Assembly (NCBI GenBank): GCA_965218295.1
Contig: CBDCKN010000009.1
Span: forward strand, 64,001-128,000
DNA length: 64,000 nucleotides
Direction of reading: 5' to 3'
Source of the DNA: Longimicrobiales bacterium
GTDB lineage: Bacteria > Gemmatimonadota > Gemmatimonadetes > Longimicrobiales > Gaopeijiaceae
Part shown: positions 32,470 through 41,822 of the stretch, piece by piece
Layout of the letters: each line of letters starts with the position of its first letter
Position numbering within the stretch: position 1 is the stretch's first letter
The notes under the pieces: model-generated
What the model was told of the DNA's origin: nothing
Databases searched by the model: none
What the model saw: only the letters and a program-made list of their open reading frames with translations
Position numbers and translations under genes: made by a program

Positions 32470-34005
32470 GTGAGCGCCTTCACGTCTCTCGATCTCTCCG
32501 TACTCCTGGTCTACCTCGTCGGGATCACCGCCTGGGGCGCGTGGCTGGGGCGGGGGCAGACCGGCGGCCGCGATTACTTCCTGGGGAATAGGGAGCTACC
32601 GTGGGTGGCCGTCATGCTTTCCGTCGTCGCCACGGAGACCAGCACCCTCACCTTCCTCAGCATTCCCGGCGTGTCCTACCTGGGAACCCTGGGCTTCCTG
32701 CAGCTCACCTTCGGATATCTCGCGGGGAAGGTGGTGGTGTCGGCGCTCCTGCTGCCGTCCTACTACCGGGGGGAGCTGAGCACGGCGTACGCGCTCCTCG
32801 AGGGTCGTTTCGGCCAGCGGGCCCGCCGCTTCGCCTCGGCAGTCTTCATGGTCACCCGCCTCCTGGCCGACTCGGTGAGGCTCTTCGCCACGGCCATCCC
32901 CCTGGCCCTGGTCACCGGCTGGGATTATCCCGTGTCCATTGTCGTCATCGGTGTGATGACGGTGGTCTACACGTACTTCGGGGGGATCAAGGCGGTGATC
33001 TGGGTGGACGCCGTCCAGATGGGCCTCTATCTGCTGGGAGCGCTGGTGGCCATGGTGGTCCTCCAGGAGCTCGTCCCGGGCGGATGGGCCGGCATCTTCG
33101 CCAGCGCGGGTGAAGCCGGGAAGATGGCCGTCTTCGACCTGTCCCTCGACTTCGCCATCCCGTACACGCTCTGGGCCGGCGTCCTGGGCGGAGGCTTCCT
33201 CACCATGGCCTCCCACGGCACCGATCAGCTCATCGTCCAGCGCCTTCTCACCTGCCGGGACCTGGACTCCAGCCAGAAGGCGCTCGTGGGGAGTGGCGTG
33301 GTCGTCATGATCCAGTTCGCCGTCTTCCTTCTGGTGGGACTCGGCCTGTGGGCGTATTACGGCGGTCAGGAGTTCAGCCGGGGAGACGAGATCTTCGCCA
33401 GCTTCGTGGTGAACGTGCTCCCCGCCGGGATAACGGGACTACTCATCGCCGGAGTGTTCGCCGCGGCCATGTCGTCGCTGTCCTCATCCATCAACTCGTT
33501 GGCGTCGGCCACGGCATACGACTTCTGGGCGCCCCTGGTCGGCGCCGAGGATGACGAGGCCCGGATCCTCCGGGCAGGGAAGCTCTTCACGCTCGCTTGG
33601 GCCGCACTGCTCATCGGTGGAGCCGTGCTCTTCATCCCCCTCAGCGAGGGAACCACTGCGGTGGAGGTGGCGCTGGCCGTCGCGTCCATGGTTTACGGCG
33701 GCCTCCTCGGAGCGTTCGTTCTGGCGGTTCGGTCGAGCCGCGCCGACCAGCGGAGCGTCATCCTGGGGATGATCGCCGGGATCGCCGTGGTCACGTCCAT
33801 CTGGCTCTTCGCTCGCACCGTCGTGGCATGGCCCTGGTTCGTCCCCATCGGCACGGCGGTGACGGTAGTGGTCGGCTGGACGCTGGGCGGCGGGCGTCCC
33901 GCCGATGCCCGTTCCGCTGATGCCCGTTCCGCTGATGCCCGTTTCGCCGATGCGCGTCCCGCCGATTCACCCAGCGCCGATTCGCCTACCCCGGAGGCCG
34001 TATGA
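32470..34005 (+). CDS. sodium:solute symporter (SSS family)
   Basis: DYFLG, SVVATETS, GGIKAVIWVD, TDQLIVQR, AAMSSLSSSINS; many TMs. Confidence 0.93.
   Translation: MSAFTSLDLSVLLVYLVGITAWGAWLGRGQTGGRDYFLGNRELPWVAVMLSVVATETSTLTFLSIPGVSYLGTLGFLQLTFGYLAGKVVVSALLLPSYYRGELSTAYALLEGRFGQRARRFASAVFMVTRLLADSVRLFATAIPLALVTGWDYPVSIVVIGVMTVVYTYFGGIKAVIWVDAVQMGLYLLGALVAMVVLQELVPGGWAGIFASAGEAGKMAVFDLSLDFAIPYTLWAGVLGGGFLTMASHGTDQLIVQRLLTCRDLDSSQKALVGSGVVVMIQFAVFLLVGLGLWAYYGGQEFSRGDEIFASFVVNVLPAGITGLLIAGVFAAAMSSLSSSINSLASATAYDFWAPLVGAEDDEARILRAGKLFTLAWAALLIGGAVLFIPLSEGTTAVEVALAVASMVYGGLLGAFVLAVRSSRADQRSVILGMIAGIAVVTSIWLFARTVVAWPWFVPIGTAVTVVVGWTLGGGRPADARSADARSADARFADARPADSPSADSPTPEAV
33901..33990 (+). repeat. 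15-bp in-frame tandem repeat x6 (ADARS-like) in the SSS C-terminal tail
   Basis: gccgatgcccgttcc / gctgatgcccgttcc / gctgatgcccgtttc ... Confidence 0.85.
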
Positions 34006-34919
34006 ACCTCTTCGTCGGTGTGGACGGAGGAGGCACCCGCACCCGGGCAGTGGTAATGGACGCAGAGGGCCAGGAGCTGGCTCGGGCCGAGGGACCGCCC
34101 ACCCTGATCGATCAGGCGAACCCGCGAGCCACCATAGGTGTGATCACCCACGTATGTCGCCAGGCCGTGGGTGATGCGGGTGCCACACTTCCGGCAAGGG
34201 TACTTTGGGCCGGCATCGCCGGGGCGGGGAACGATCCGGCCCGGAGCGTGGTCCAGGAGGCGCTTCAGGAGGCGGGGATCGCCGAGACCGTCCACGTCGG
34301 CAGAGACGCCAGGGCCGCGTTCCACGACGCGTTCGGATTGGAGCCGGGGATCCTCCTCATCTCGGGGACGGGCTCCATCGCGCTGGGCCGAGGGGTCGAT
34401 GGGTCCATGGTCCGTATCGGGGGCTGGGGAGTTCTACTCGGTGACGAGGGAAGCGGCTACGCCATGGGCATGGCGGCTCTTCGGGCGGTGGTGCGGGGAG
34501 AGGACGGCCGCAGCATGAAGACGCGACTCCGCGATCCGATCCTCGCGAAGCTCGGTGCGGACCGTCCTGAAGACCTGATCGCCTGGATCGCCATGGCCAG
34601 CAAGGCGGACGTCGCCGCGCTGGTCCCCATCGTGTGCGACCAGGCCGAGGCCGGCGACAAGGTGGCGGGGATCATCGTAGAGAACGCCGTGGAGGATCTG
34701 GTGGCCCATGTCCTCACCGTGGTGAAGCGCCTGGGTCCCTGGCCCGGGCGTCCTGCGGTGGCGCTAGCCGGTGGCCTCATCGACGAGGACGGGCCGCTAC
34801 GGCAGCGCGTGTCGGTGGCCATAGGGGGTCTGCTCTGCCAGGCACGTGACCGCGTAGTGGATGCCGCCCGGGGGGCGGCCCACCTGGCCATCGAGTCCGT
34901 GGAGGGTGAGTCGGGCTAG
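34002..34919 (+). CDS. BadF/BadG/BcrA/BcrD-family sugar kinase (GlcNAc/MurNAc kinase-like)
   Basis: GVDGGGTRT, ISGTGS, GGWGVLLGDEGSG; located in an amino-sugar cluster. Confidence 0.88.
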   Translation: MNLFVGVDGGGTRTRAVVMDAEGQELARAEGPPTLIDQANPRATIGVITHVCRQAVGDAGATLPARVLWAGIAGAGNDPARSVVQEALQEAGIAETVHVGRDARAAFHDAFGLEPGILLISGTGSIALGRGVDGSMVRIGGWGVLLGDEGSGYAMGMAALRAVVRGEDGRSMKTRLRDPILAKLGADRPEDLIAWIAMASKADVAALVPIVCDQAEAGDKVAGIIVENAVEDLVAHVLTVVKRLGPWPGRPAVALAGGLIDEDGPLRQRVSVAIGGLLCQARDRVVDAARGAAHLAIESVEGESG

Positions 34920-34935
34920 TGGAGCGGCGCCCCCT

Positions 34936-35781
34936 TCAGCGGAGCGCGTCCTCCAGGGCTGTGGCCGCGTCCGTAGACGCATCGCGGTACTTCACGATGA
35001 CGGATGCGTACAGATGGACTCCCTGCTCCCGTGCGAAGTCGCTGTTCACCGCTCGTGAGCCGGGGACAACCACGGCGCCGGGAGGGATGGTCAGGGGGCG
35101 GTCGGGGGCGCCCCGGTACGTCTCCTCCCGAACCAGGTCGTATACGGTGGTGGAAGAAGTGAGCTGAACGCCGGGCGCCAGCACCGCTCTCTCTCCCACC
35201 AGGGTCCCCTCGAAGACGCCCACGTTGCCGCCGATCATGGCGTCGTCCTCTACGATCACCGGCCGCAACCCCACGGGCTCGAGCACGCCGCCCAGCTGGG
35301 CTCCGGCGCTCAGGTGCACCCGCTCACCGACCTGGGCACACGAGCCCACCAGTGCATGGGAGTCGATCATCGTGTCCCGGCCCACGTACGCTCCGACGTT
35401 CACGAAGGCCGGCGGCATGATGATAACGTTCTCGCCGAGGAACGCGCCTGAGCGCACCGAGCTGCCCCCCGGAACGATCCGGATGTTCTCCTCGACGCCG
35501 CGCGTATCCCGGAGCGGGAGCGTGTCCTTGTCGTAGTAGGACGCCGGGCTGGCGGGGAACTCCCGGGTTCGCCCGACGCGGAACACCAGGAGAATCCCGG
35601 TCTTCACCCACTCCACGGCCCGCCACTCGCCCTCCTCCTTCATGGCCGAGCGCACCTCGCCTCGGGTGAGGGCGTCCAGGAGTCGGGTGACGGCGATCCG
35701 GGCCTCTTCGGTGCTCTCGCCGAGATCCGACTCGGCCAAACAGACGATGGTGGCTCTCAGCGCCTCTGTATCCACCGTCAA
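34936..35781 (-). CDS. dapD: tetrahydrodipicolinate N-succinyltransferase
   Basis: WVKTGILL, VNVGAYVG, DSHALVGSCAQVG, GGVLEP. Confidence 0.95.
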   Translation of the reverse strand: MTVDTEALRATIVCLAESDLGESTEEARIAVTRLLDALTRGEVRSAMKEEGEWRAVEWVKTGILLVFRVGRTREFPASPASYYDKDTLPLRDTRGVEENIRIVPGGSSVRSGAFLGENVIIMPPAFVNVGAYVGRDTMIDSHALVGSCAQVGERVHLSAGAQLGGVLEPVGLRPVIVEDDAMIGGNVGVFEGTLVGERAVLAPGVQLTSSTTVYDLVREETYRGAPDRPLTIPPGAVVVPGSRAVNSDFAREQGVHLYASVIVKYRDASTDAATALEDALR

Positions 35782-36683
35782 CCGACCGTCTCGGCTTCCA
35801 GCAGCCCGGCCTCGGCCAGGGCGTGACGGAGGTGGGGCTCGTTCGCGGCATCCAGGGGCACCAGCGGCAGGCGGTATCTGGCCTCCAGACGCCCCATCAT
35901 CGCCAGGGCCGCCTTCACCGGTACCGGATTCGTCTCGACGAAGTTGGCCTGCATGAGGGGCAGCAGCCGGTAGTGGAGCGTGCGCGCCTCATCGTAGTGC
36001 CCACGGAGTGCGGCCCCCACCATGCGGGACATGAGGCTAGGCGCCTCGTTGGCCACCACCGAGATCACTCCGTCGGCCCCGGCGGCGATGAGGGACAGGG
36101 TAAGACTGTCGTCTCCCGAGAGCACCAGAAACCCCTCGGGCCGCTCTCTCACGATGGTCATGATCTGATTCACGTCCCCCGAGGCCTCTTTGACGCCCAC
36201 GATGTTGTCCACTTTGGCGAGCGCCAACAGGGTCGCGGGAAGGACGTTCGACGAGGTGCGCTCAGGCACGTTGTACACGACGACGGGGCAGTCGACGGCT
36301 CCGGCCACTGCACGATAGTGCTCCACGAGTCCCCGCTGGCTGGGCTTGTTGTAGGCGGGGCTCACGCAGATGATGCCGTCGGCACCGGCATCCCGTGCCG
36401 CCCCCGCCCGACGCACCACGTCGGCCGTGTCGCTGCCGCCCGCCCCCGCCAGGACCACCACCCGCCCCTGTGCGGCGCTCACGGTCTCGCGCACGACGAG
36501 GGCCTGCTCGTCGGCCGACAGGGTGGCGCTCTCGCCGGTGGTGCCGCACGGCACCATCACCCCGACACCGCCGTCGATCTGGAAGTTCACGTGGCGACGG
36601 AGGGCGTCCGAGTCTACGGATCCGTCCTCGCGGAAGGGTGTGACCAGGGCCACACCCACCCCTCTTAAACGGTCGGCGTCCAT
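35778..36683 (-). CDS. dapA: 4-hydroxy-tetrahydrodipicolinate synthase
   Basis: ALVTPF, GTTGES, YNVP, GVKEASG, LSGDD, ETNPVPVK. Confidence 0.95.
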   Translation of the reverse strand: MDADRLRGVGVALVTPFREDGSVDSDALRRHVNFQIDGGVGVMVPCGTTGESATLSADEQALVVRETVSAAQGRVVVLAGAGGSDTADVVRRAGAARDAGADGIICVSPAYNKPSQRGLVEHYRAVAGAVDCPVVVYNVPERTSSNVLPATLLALAKVDNIVGVKEASGDVNQIMTIVRERPEGFLVLSGDDSLTLSLIAAGADGVISVVANEAPSLMSRMVGAALRGHYDEARTLHYRLLPLMQANFVETNPVPVKAALAMMGRLEARYRLPLVPLDAANEPHLRHALAEAGLLEAETVG

Positions 36684-36738
36684 GTTCCTCTCCTTCTCTT
36701 GTCCAACACTTGCCCCTCGATGCTCGGCAGGGCGTCCC

Positions 36739-37479
36739 CTAGCCGAAGCGCTCGGCGAGCATGTCGTCGAGGGTGAATACACCGGGACGGCCCCGAATCC
36801 ACTCGGCTGCCTCCACCGCGCCCCGGGCGAAGCCGGCCCGGCCTCGGGCCTCGTGGCGCAGCTCGATACGGTCGTCGGGTCCCTCGAGCCCGACCACGTG
36901 GGTCCCGGGCGTCTCGCCGACCCGCTGGCTGGCCACGTACAGGACCTGTGCGTCGGGGGCGCCGCCCGGAGGCGCTTCGGACCAGCGTCCTTTGCGGGCG
37001 AGCTCCTCTATCAACAGGTCCGCCAGATGGATGGCCGTCCCGCTGGGGTGATCGATCTTGTGCCGGTGGTGCGCCTCCCACACGTGCACGTCGTACTCCT
37101 CGAGGGCATTCACCAGTGTTGCCGCGCTCCGGGCGAGCCGCAGGAAGAGTTGCACACCGAGGGAGAAGTTGGGCGCGTAGATCAGACCGATGCCGCCCGC
37201 CTCGACCGCGGCCAGCGCTTTGTCCATCCCCCCCGAGTGCCAGCCCGTGGTCCCGACGACGGCGTCCACGCCGGCTTCGGCGATGGCGCCGATGTTGCCG
37301 GTCACGGCACCGGGCACGCTGAATTCGATGGCCACCTCGGCATCGTCCAGGGACTCGGGCGTGACCTCACGCGAGTCCAGGACGGGATCGACGCGGGCCA
37401 CGATCTCGTGACCCCTCTCCAGGGCCACCTCCTCCACGGCGTGGCCCATCCGGCCGTACCCCACTAGGGCGATCTTCAT
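36739..37479 (-). CDS. dapB: 4-hydroxy-tetrahydrodipicolinate reductase
   Basis: GYGRMG, VGTTG, NFSLG, EAHHRHKIDHPSGTA. Confidence 0.95.
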   Translation of the reverse strand: MKIALVGYGRMGHAVEEVALERGHEIVARVDPVLDSREVTPESLDDAEVAIEFSVPGAVTGNIGAIAEAGVDAVVGTTGWHSGGMDKALAAVEAGGIGLIYAPNFSLGVQLFLRLARSAATLVNALEEYDVHVWEAHHRHKIDHPSGTAIHLADLLIEELARKGRWSEAPPGGAPDAQVLYVASQRVGETPGTHVVGLEGPDDRIELRHEARGRAGFARGAVEAAEWIRGRPGVFTLDDMLAERFG

Positions 37480-37504
37480 GGTGCTAGTGTCCCGTTACCA
37501 AAGT

Positions 37505-38959
37505 CTAGGTCCTTCTGAGCTCGATGAGCGACCGGTGGAGCTTGCGGACCAACTCGGGCGCCTCGACCTCGTCCACCACGAAGCTGATGCTGACGTCGGA
37601 AGCCTGGGAGATCAGGTACACCGGTGTCTTCTCCACGGCCCAGAACACCAGGGCGTCGAGTCCCGGCTCCCGCAGGAGTCCGCGGCCGACGACCGTGACG
37701 GTGGCGACGTTCTCTATCACGTCCACTTCGGAGAACACCGAGAGGGCCCGCCGCACCTCCGTCAGCTCCTCGTCCCGGTCTACGGTGAAGGCCGTGCTGC
37801 TGTGGGACGTGGCCACCAGGTCCACGGGCACTCGATGGCGTGCCAGCACCGCGAATACTCGGGCGAGGAAGCCGTAGGCCATGGCCGTGGGAAACGCCCG
37901 TACCTCGATGAGGGCGACGTCGGTCTTGTTTGCCACCGCGGCGAAGGCCGCCGTGTCCCGCCGGTCGAAGTGGATGAGCGTTCCTTCCCGCTCGGGCGCG
38001 AACGCGTTTTTGATCCGCAGGAGCACATCCCGGGCGATGGCGTGCTTGACGGCCGACGGGTGGACGACGCGCGCCCCGAAGTAGGCGAGCTCCACCGCCT
38101 CGCCGAAGCCCACCTCGGGCAGGACCTCGGCGGCCCGAACCAGATTGGGGTCTCCCGAGTACATGCCGTCCACGTCGGTCCAGATCACCACTTCCGATGC
38201 GTCCAGGGCGGCTCCGAGAAGTGCCGCGGTGAAGTCGGATCCCCCCCGGCCCAGCGTGGTGGTGCTCCCGCCCGCCTCGCTCCCGATGAAGCCCTGGACC
38301 ACGGGCACCGTGCCCGCGTCGAGAAGGGGCCGGATGCGCTCGGGAGCCAGCCGTCCAATGGCGTCGACGTCCGGGATGGCGGCGCCGAATCCGGCGTCCG
38401 TCCAGACGATACTCCGGGCGTCCTTGCCGGTGGCCGACACGCCCTCGGCCGTCAGCGCCGTCACGGTCAGCTCGACCGTAAGGTCCTCGCCGGCCGCCAT
38501 CAGCTGGTCCCCCAGGTGTAGCGGATCCGTGCCAGGCGCAGGCGGCAGGAGCGCAGACACGCCGTCCAGGATCTGGTCGATTCGGGCAGCCACGGCGGCG
38601 CGCTCCGGGCCTTCGTCGATCAGCTCCAGCAGCGCGTCGTGGTGCCGCCGGCGCAGACCCTCGACGACGCGTGAGGGATCGGACGCCCGCGAGGCGTCGT
38701 CCGGCCCCCCCACCAGCCCGCCCAGCTCGTCGCTGACGCCGGCCATGGCCGAGACCACGACCACGGCGGGATCGTTCTGATCCCGAATGATATGGGCGAG
38801 GGCTCTCAGCCGTTCGGCCCCGTCCACCGAAGTCCCTCCGAACTTGTGGATGCGGGGGACCGCGGTCGTCGGGCCGCCCGCGAGCTCGTGGGCCGAACCT
38901 ACCCGCTCCGAGGTCTCGCCGCGGAGGTCGGTGTCCGTGAGGGTCGGTCGGTCCGTCAT
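37505..38959 (-). CDS. lysC: aspartate kinase
   Basis: KFGGTSV, VVSAM, TLGRGGSD, WTDVDG, C-terminal ACT domains. Confidence 0.93.
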   Translation of the reverse strand: MTDRPTLTDTDLRGETSERVGSAHELAGGPTTAVPRIHKFGGTSVDGAERLRALAHIIRDQNDPAVVVVSAMAGVSDELGGLVGGPDDASRASDPSRVVEGLRRRHHDALLELIDEGPERAAVAARIDQILDGVSALLPPAPGTDPLHLGDQLMAAGEDLTVELTVTALTAEGVSATGKDARSIVWTDAGFGAAIPDVDAIGRLAPERIRPLLDAGTVPVVQGFIGSEAGGSTTTLGRGGSDFTAALLGAALDASEVVIWTDVDGMYSGDPNLVRAAEVLPEVGFGEAVELAYFGARVVHPSAVKHAIARDVLLRIKNAFAPEREGTLIHFDRRDTAAFAAVANKTDVALIEVRAFPTAMAYGFLARVFAVLARHRVPVDLVATSHSSTAFTVDRDEELTEVRRALSVFSEVDVIENVATVTVVGRGLLREPGLDALVFWAVEKTPVYLISQASDVSISFVVDEVEAPELVRKLHRSLIELRRT

Positions 38960-39996
38960 CGTACTCCCTCGGCGATCCCCTCCGCCCGGCACAGCTCGGC
39001 GTTCAGGAGCGCCGCGCCGGCCGCGCCGCGTACCAGGTTGTTGGCCAAGACGAAGAACTTAACATCCAGGACCTCGCACGGCCGGACGCGACCCACGGTG
39101 ACGGTCATCCCGTGACCCAGATCACGGTCGAGTCGCGGCTGTGGTCGATCCTCCTCGGCCAGGACCCGGATGGCATGCTCCGGCGAGGTGGGCAGCCCCC
39201 TGGTAGCCTCCGGAGTCTGAAAGTTCTGAATGACCTCCGTGACCCGTTCGGGCGAGGGTCCGCCGGCGAGAGCGACCGAGACCGAGAGCAGATGACCGTC
39301 GGACACCGACACCCGGGTGCATGACGCGCTCACGGCGAAGTCGGCCTCGGCCAGCACCCCTCCGCTTACGCTCCCCAGGATCTTCTGGGGCTCCTGCGCC
39401 AGCTTCTCCTCTTCTCCCTCGATGAGGGGCAGGACGTTGTCCAGAAGGCTTCCGGCCGGGGGTCCCGGCGTGCCAGCCCCGGATATGGCCTGGAGGGACG
39501 TGGTGACCACACGCTCGATGCCGAAGGCGTCGTTCAGGGGCGCCAGCGCCAGCGCCAGGCCGACCACGGCGCAGTTGGGGTTGGTGACCAAGGCGCCGTC
39601 CCACGGCTGGCTCTCCACCATCTCGAGATGATCGGCGTTGACCTCGGGGATCAGGAGTGGCACGTCGTGGCGCATCCGGTGGGCCGATGCGTTGCTCACG
39701 ACCAGATGCCCGGCTTCGACCAGGCGGATCTCCATGTCGCGGGCTACCCCCGACGGAAGCGCAGAAAGGAGGATGGGGGACTCCCACTCCGAGTCCGGGG
39801 CGCCCAGGGGAAGGGCGGCCGCCTTGGCGGGAAGGCCGCCTCCGGGCACCCGCTCGCCGAGGGTCTGCCCGGCCGACGAGGCCGATGCGCTCACCTCGGC
39901 CAGACGGAACCAGGGGTGGCCGTCCAGGAGCTGGACGAGCTTCTGACCCACCGTTCCCGTCGCGCCAAGGACGCCTACCGCGATGCGATCATCCAC
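38956..39996 (-). CDS. asd: aspartate-semialdehyde dehydrogenase
   Basis: GATGTVG, SNASAHR, TNPNC, QAISGAG, NNLVRGAAG; GTG at 39996 with GGAG SD. Confidence 0.94.
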   Translation of the reverse strand: MDDRIAVGVLGATGTVGQKLVQLLDGHPWFRLAEVSASASSAGQTLGERVPGGGLPAKAAALPLGAPDSEWESPILLSALPSGVARDMEIRLVEAGHLVVSNASAHRMRHDVPLLIPEVNADHLEMVESQPWDGALVTNPNCAVVGLALALAPLNDAFGIERVVTTSLQAISGAGTPGPPAGSLLDNVLPLIEGEEEKLAQEPQKILGSVSGGVLAEADFAVSASCTRVSVSDGHLLSVSVALAGGPSPERVTEVIQNFQTPEATRGLPTSPEHAIRVLAEEDRPQPRLDRDLGHGMTVTVGRVRPCEVLDVKFFVLANNLVRGAAGAALLNAELCRAEGIAEGVR

Positions 39997-40010
39997 CTTC
40001 TGGTCTCCAT

Positions 40011-40168
40011 GTTGCCCGTTCGACGGGGCCGCCACCCGGCCCCCGCGAGCGGCGGTGCTGCCCTCTCGGTCCGCCCCCATCAAGCCCCGGCGCAAGGAGC
40101 GGGCCGGTCTCGGAGCCTGGGGTTCCCAGGACTGCCCAAACGGCAGACCAGGGAACCGGCAACGGGTC
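40011..40168 (-). promoter_or_regulatory. candidate structured 5' leader RNA of the asd-lysC-dapB-dapA-dapD operon
   Basis: closing helix CCCGTT/AACGGG enclosing four hairpins, ending just upstream of the asd SD. Confidence 0.4.
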
Positions 40169-40238
40169 ATTACGGCACCCAAGCGTCGTTGTAAGTCGTT
40201 GGCACATGTACATTTGGCAGACTTCACTCTCGTGATCG

Positions 40239-40254
40239 TGGCACGGCTCATGCA
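40239..40254 (+). promoter_or_regulatory. putative sigma54 (-24/-12) promoter of hsp20
   Basis: TGGCACGGCTCATGCA: GG-N10-GC with a TGGCAC -24 box. Confidence 0.6.
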
Positions 40255-40357
40255 ACCGTCGGTGCTTGGCGAGTCGGAGGTCCCACGTACTCGGTTCGAG
40301 AGGTTCAGGACCGCCGCCCGCCTCATGTCGCACCAATCCAATCAAGGAGTTACTCCG

Positions 40358-40816
40358 ATGGCAATCATGAGATACACCCCCCGGCGAATCTTCTCGCCCT
40401 GGCCCGAGCTCACGGGCTTCGCGAATCGCCTTCCGCGGCTCTTCGACGAGGCCTGGGACACGGCGGAGCCCACAGGCTCATGGCTCCCGGCGGTCAACGT
40501 CGAAGAGGGACCGGATGAGCTTCTCCTCACAGCCGAGCTCCCGGGCATGGCCGAGGAGGACGTCCACCTCGAGATCGAGAACAACATTCTAACGGTCCGC
40601 GGTGAGAAGCGGGAGGAGCGCGAGGAGGGGGACGACAAGAGCAGCTACCACGTTTGGGAGCGTCGCTATGGGAGCTTCCAGAGGGCCTTCACACTACCCA
40701 AGTCGGTCGCGGTCGATGGGGTCAAGGCCGACTTCGACAACGGGATCCTGACCGTGCGCCTGCCCAAGGCCGCGGAGGCCAAGAGCCGCACCATCGAGAT
40801 CAAGGGCAGCAAGTAA
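40358..40816 (+). CDS. Hsp20/alpha-crystallin small heat shock protein
   Basis: SD AAGGAG; AELPG, ERRYGSFQRAFTLP, FDNGILTVRLPK. Confidence 0.95.
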   Translation: MAIMRYTPRRIFSPWPELTGFANRLPRLFDEAWDTAEPTGSWLPAVNVEEGPDELLLTAELPGMAEEDVHLEIENNILTVRGEKREEREEGDDKSSYHVWERRYGSFQRAFTLPKSVAVDGVKADFDNGILTVRLPKAAEAKSRTIEIKGSK

Positions 40817-40852
40817 GGCTCCCGTTCGACGCGGAAGTCTGAAGCGGACGTG

Positions 40853-40881
40853 GCGGGTCCGGAGACATCCGGGCCCGCTTT
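40853..40881 (+). terminator. hairpin terminator after hsp20
   Basis: GCGGGTCCGGA-gaca-TCCGGGCCCGC followed by TTT, between convergent genes. Confidence 0.6.
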
Positions 40882-40896
40882 CGTTCTTAGGTCGAC

Positions 40897-41748
40897 CTAC
40901 TCGGGTCGACCCATTGGGGTGGGCCGATGGGGAGCGGCGCCAGCCCGCCCTGACTCCAGGAGCCCCGAGATCGCCTCGAGCATGACCGACGAGTTGGCGC
41001 CCATGACGCTTCCCGGGGACAGGGCGAGGGACCCACCCCCTACCCGGCTCGTGACCCCTCCCGCCTCCTCGATGATCACCCACCCCGCCGCGAAATCCCA
41101 CGGATTCAGGAAGAGCTCCCAGAAGGCTTCGAACCTCCCCTCAGCCAGATAGCAGAGGTCCAGTGCGGCGGAGCCACCCCGGCGCACGCCTCCGGTGGCT
41201 TCCAGCACACGGACGAGCTGGGCCGCGTACTCTTGGAGCAGGTGCTCGCTCTTGAAGGGGAAGCCGGTTCCGATGAGAGCATGGTCGCGCTCAGCGATGG
41301 ACGATACCGCTATGGATTGTCCATTCTTCCAGGCCCCGTACCCACGGGCGGCCCACCAACGCTCGTCGGTGGGCGCGCACGATACCGCTCCAACGGCGGG
41401 AGTCCCGTCGATGGCGAGCGCCACCGAGGCCGCGTGCATGGGATGGTCGTGGAGGAAGTTCGCGGTGCCGAGGGGGTCCACCACCCACACTAGGCCGTCG
41501 GGAAGCGCGACTTCCAGGCTTTCCCCGGTGTCCTCTTCGGCCAGGATCGCGTGCTCGGGATGCCGCTCCCGGATGACGGCGACACACGCTTCCTGCGCCT
41601 CCAGGTCGGTTGCGGACACGTAGTCCGCGCGGCCCTTCTGGGTCGCGTCGCCCACCGAGACGGAGGTGCCATGGGCTCGGTGGACCGCCGCGGCGGCGTC
41701 CGCGGCCAGACGGGCGGTCTCCAGGGCTGTCTCGAGAAGATCGGTCAT
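40897..41748 (-). CDS. inositol monophosphatase family (SuhB-like) lacking the second Asp of DPxDGT
   Basis: ILAEE, WVVDPLGTANF, GSAALDLCY.A.G, PWDFAAG. Confidence 0.88.
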   Translation of the reverse strand: MTDLLETALETARLAADAAAAVHRAHGTSVSVGDATQKGRADYVSATDLEAQEACVAVIRERHPEHAILAEEDTGESLEVALPDGLVWVVDPLGTANFLHDHPMHAASVALAIDGTPAVGAVSCAPTDERWWAARGYGAWKNGQSIAVSSIAERDHALIGTGFPFKSEHLLQEYAAQLVRVLEATGGVRRGGSAALDLCYLAEGRFEAFWELFLNPWDFAAGWVIIEEAGGVTSRVGGGSLALSPGSVMGANSSVMLEAISGLLESGRAGAAPHRPTPMGRPE

Positions 41749-41822
41749 CGGCTTCCGGTCGGTGTGGGGAGCGCACGGTGGCGTAAGATTCACATATTCT
41801 CGGACCGTACGTAAGTTACGCG

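Noticed and set aside
40011..40168. canonical lysine (L-box) riboswitch
   Set aside because: The conserved L-box sequence elements are not recognisable; kept only as a candidate structured leader.
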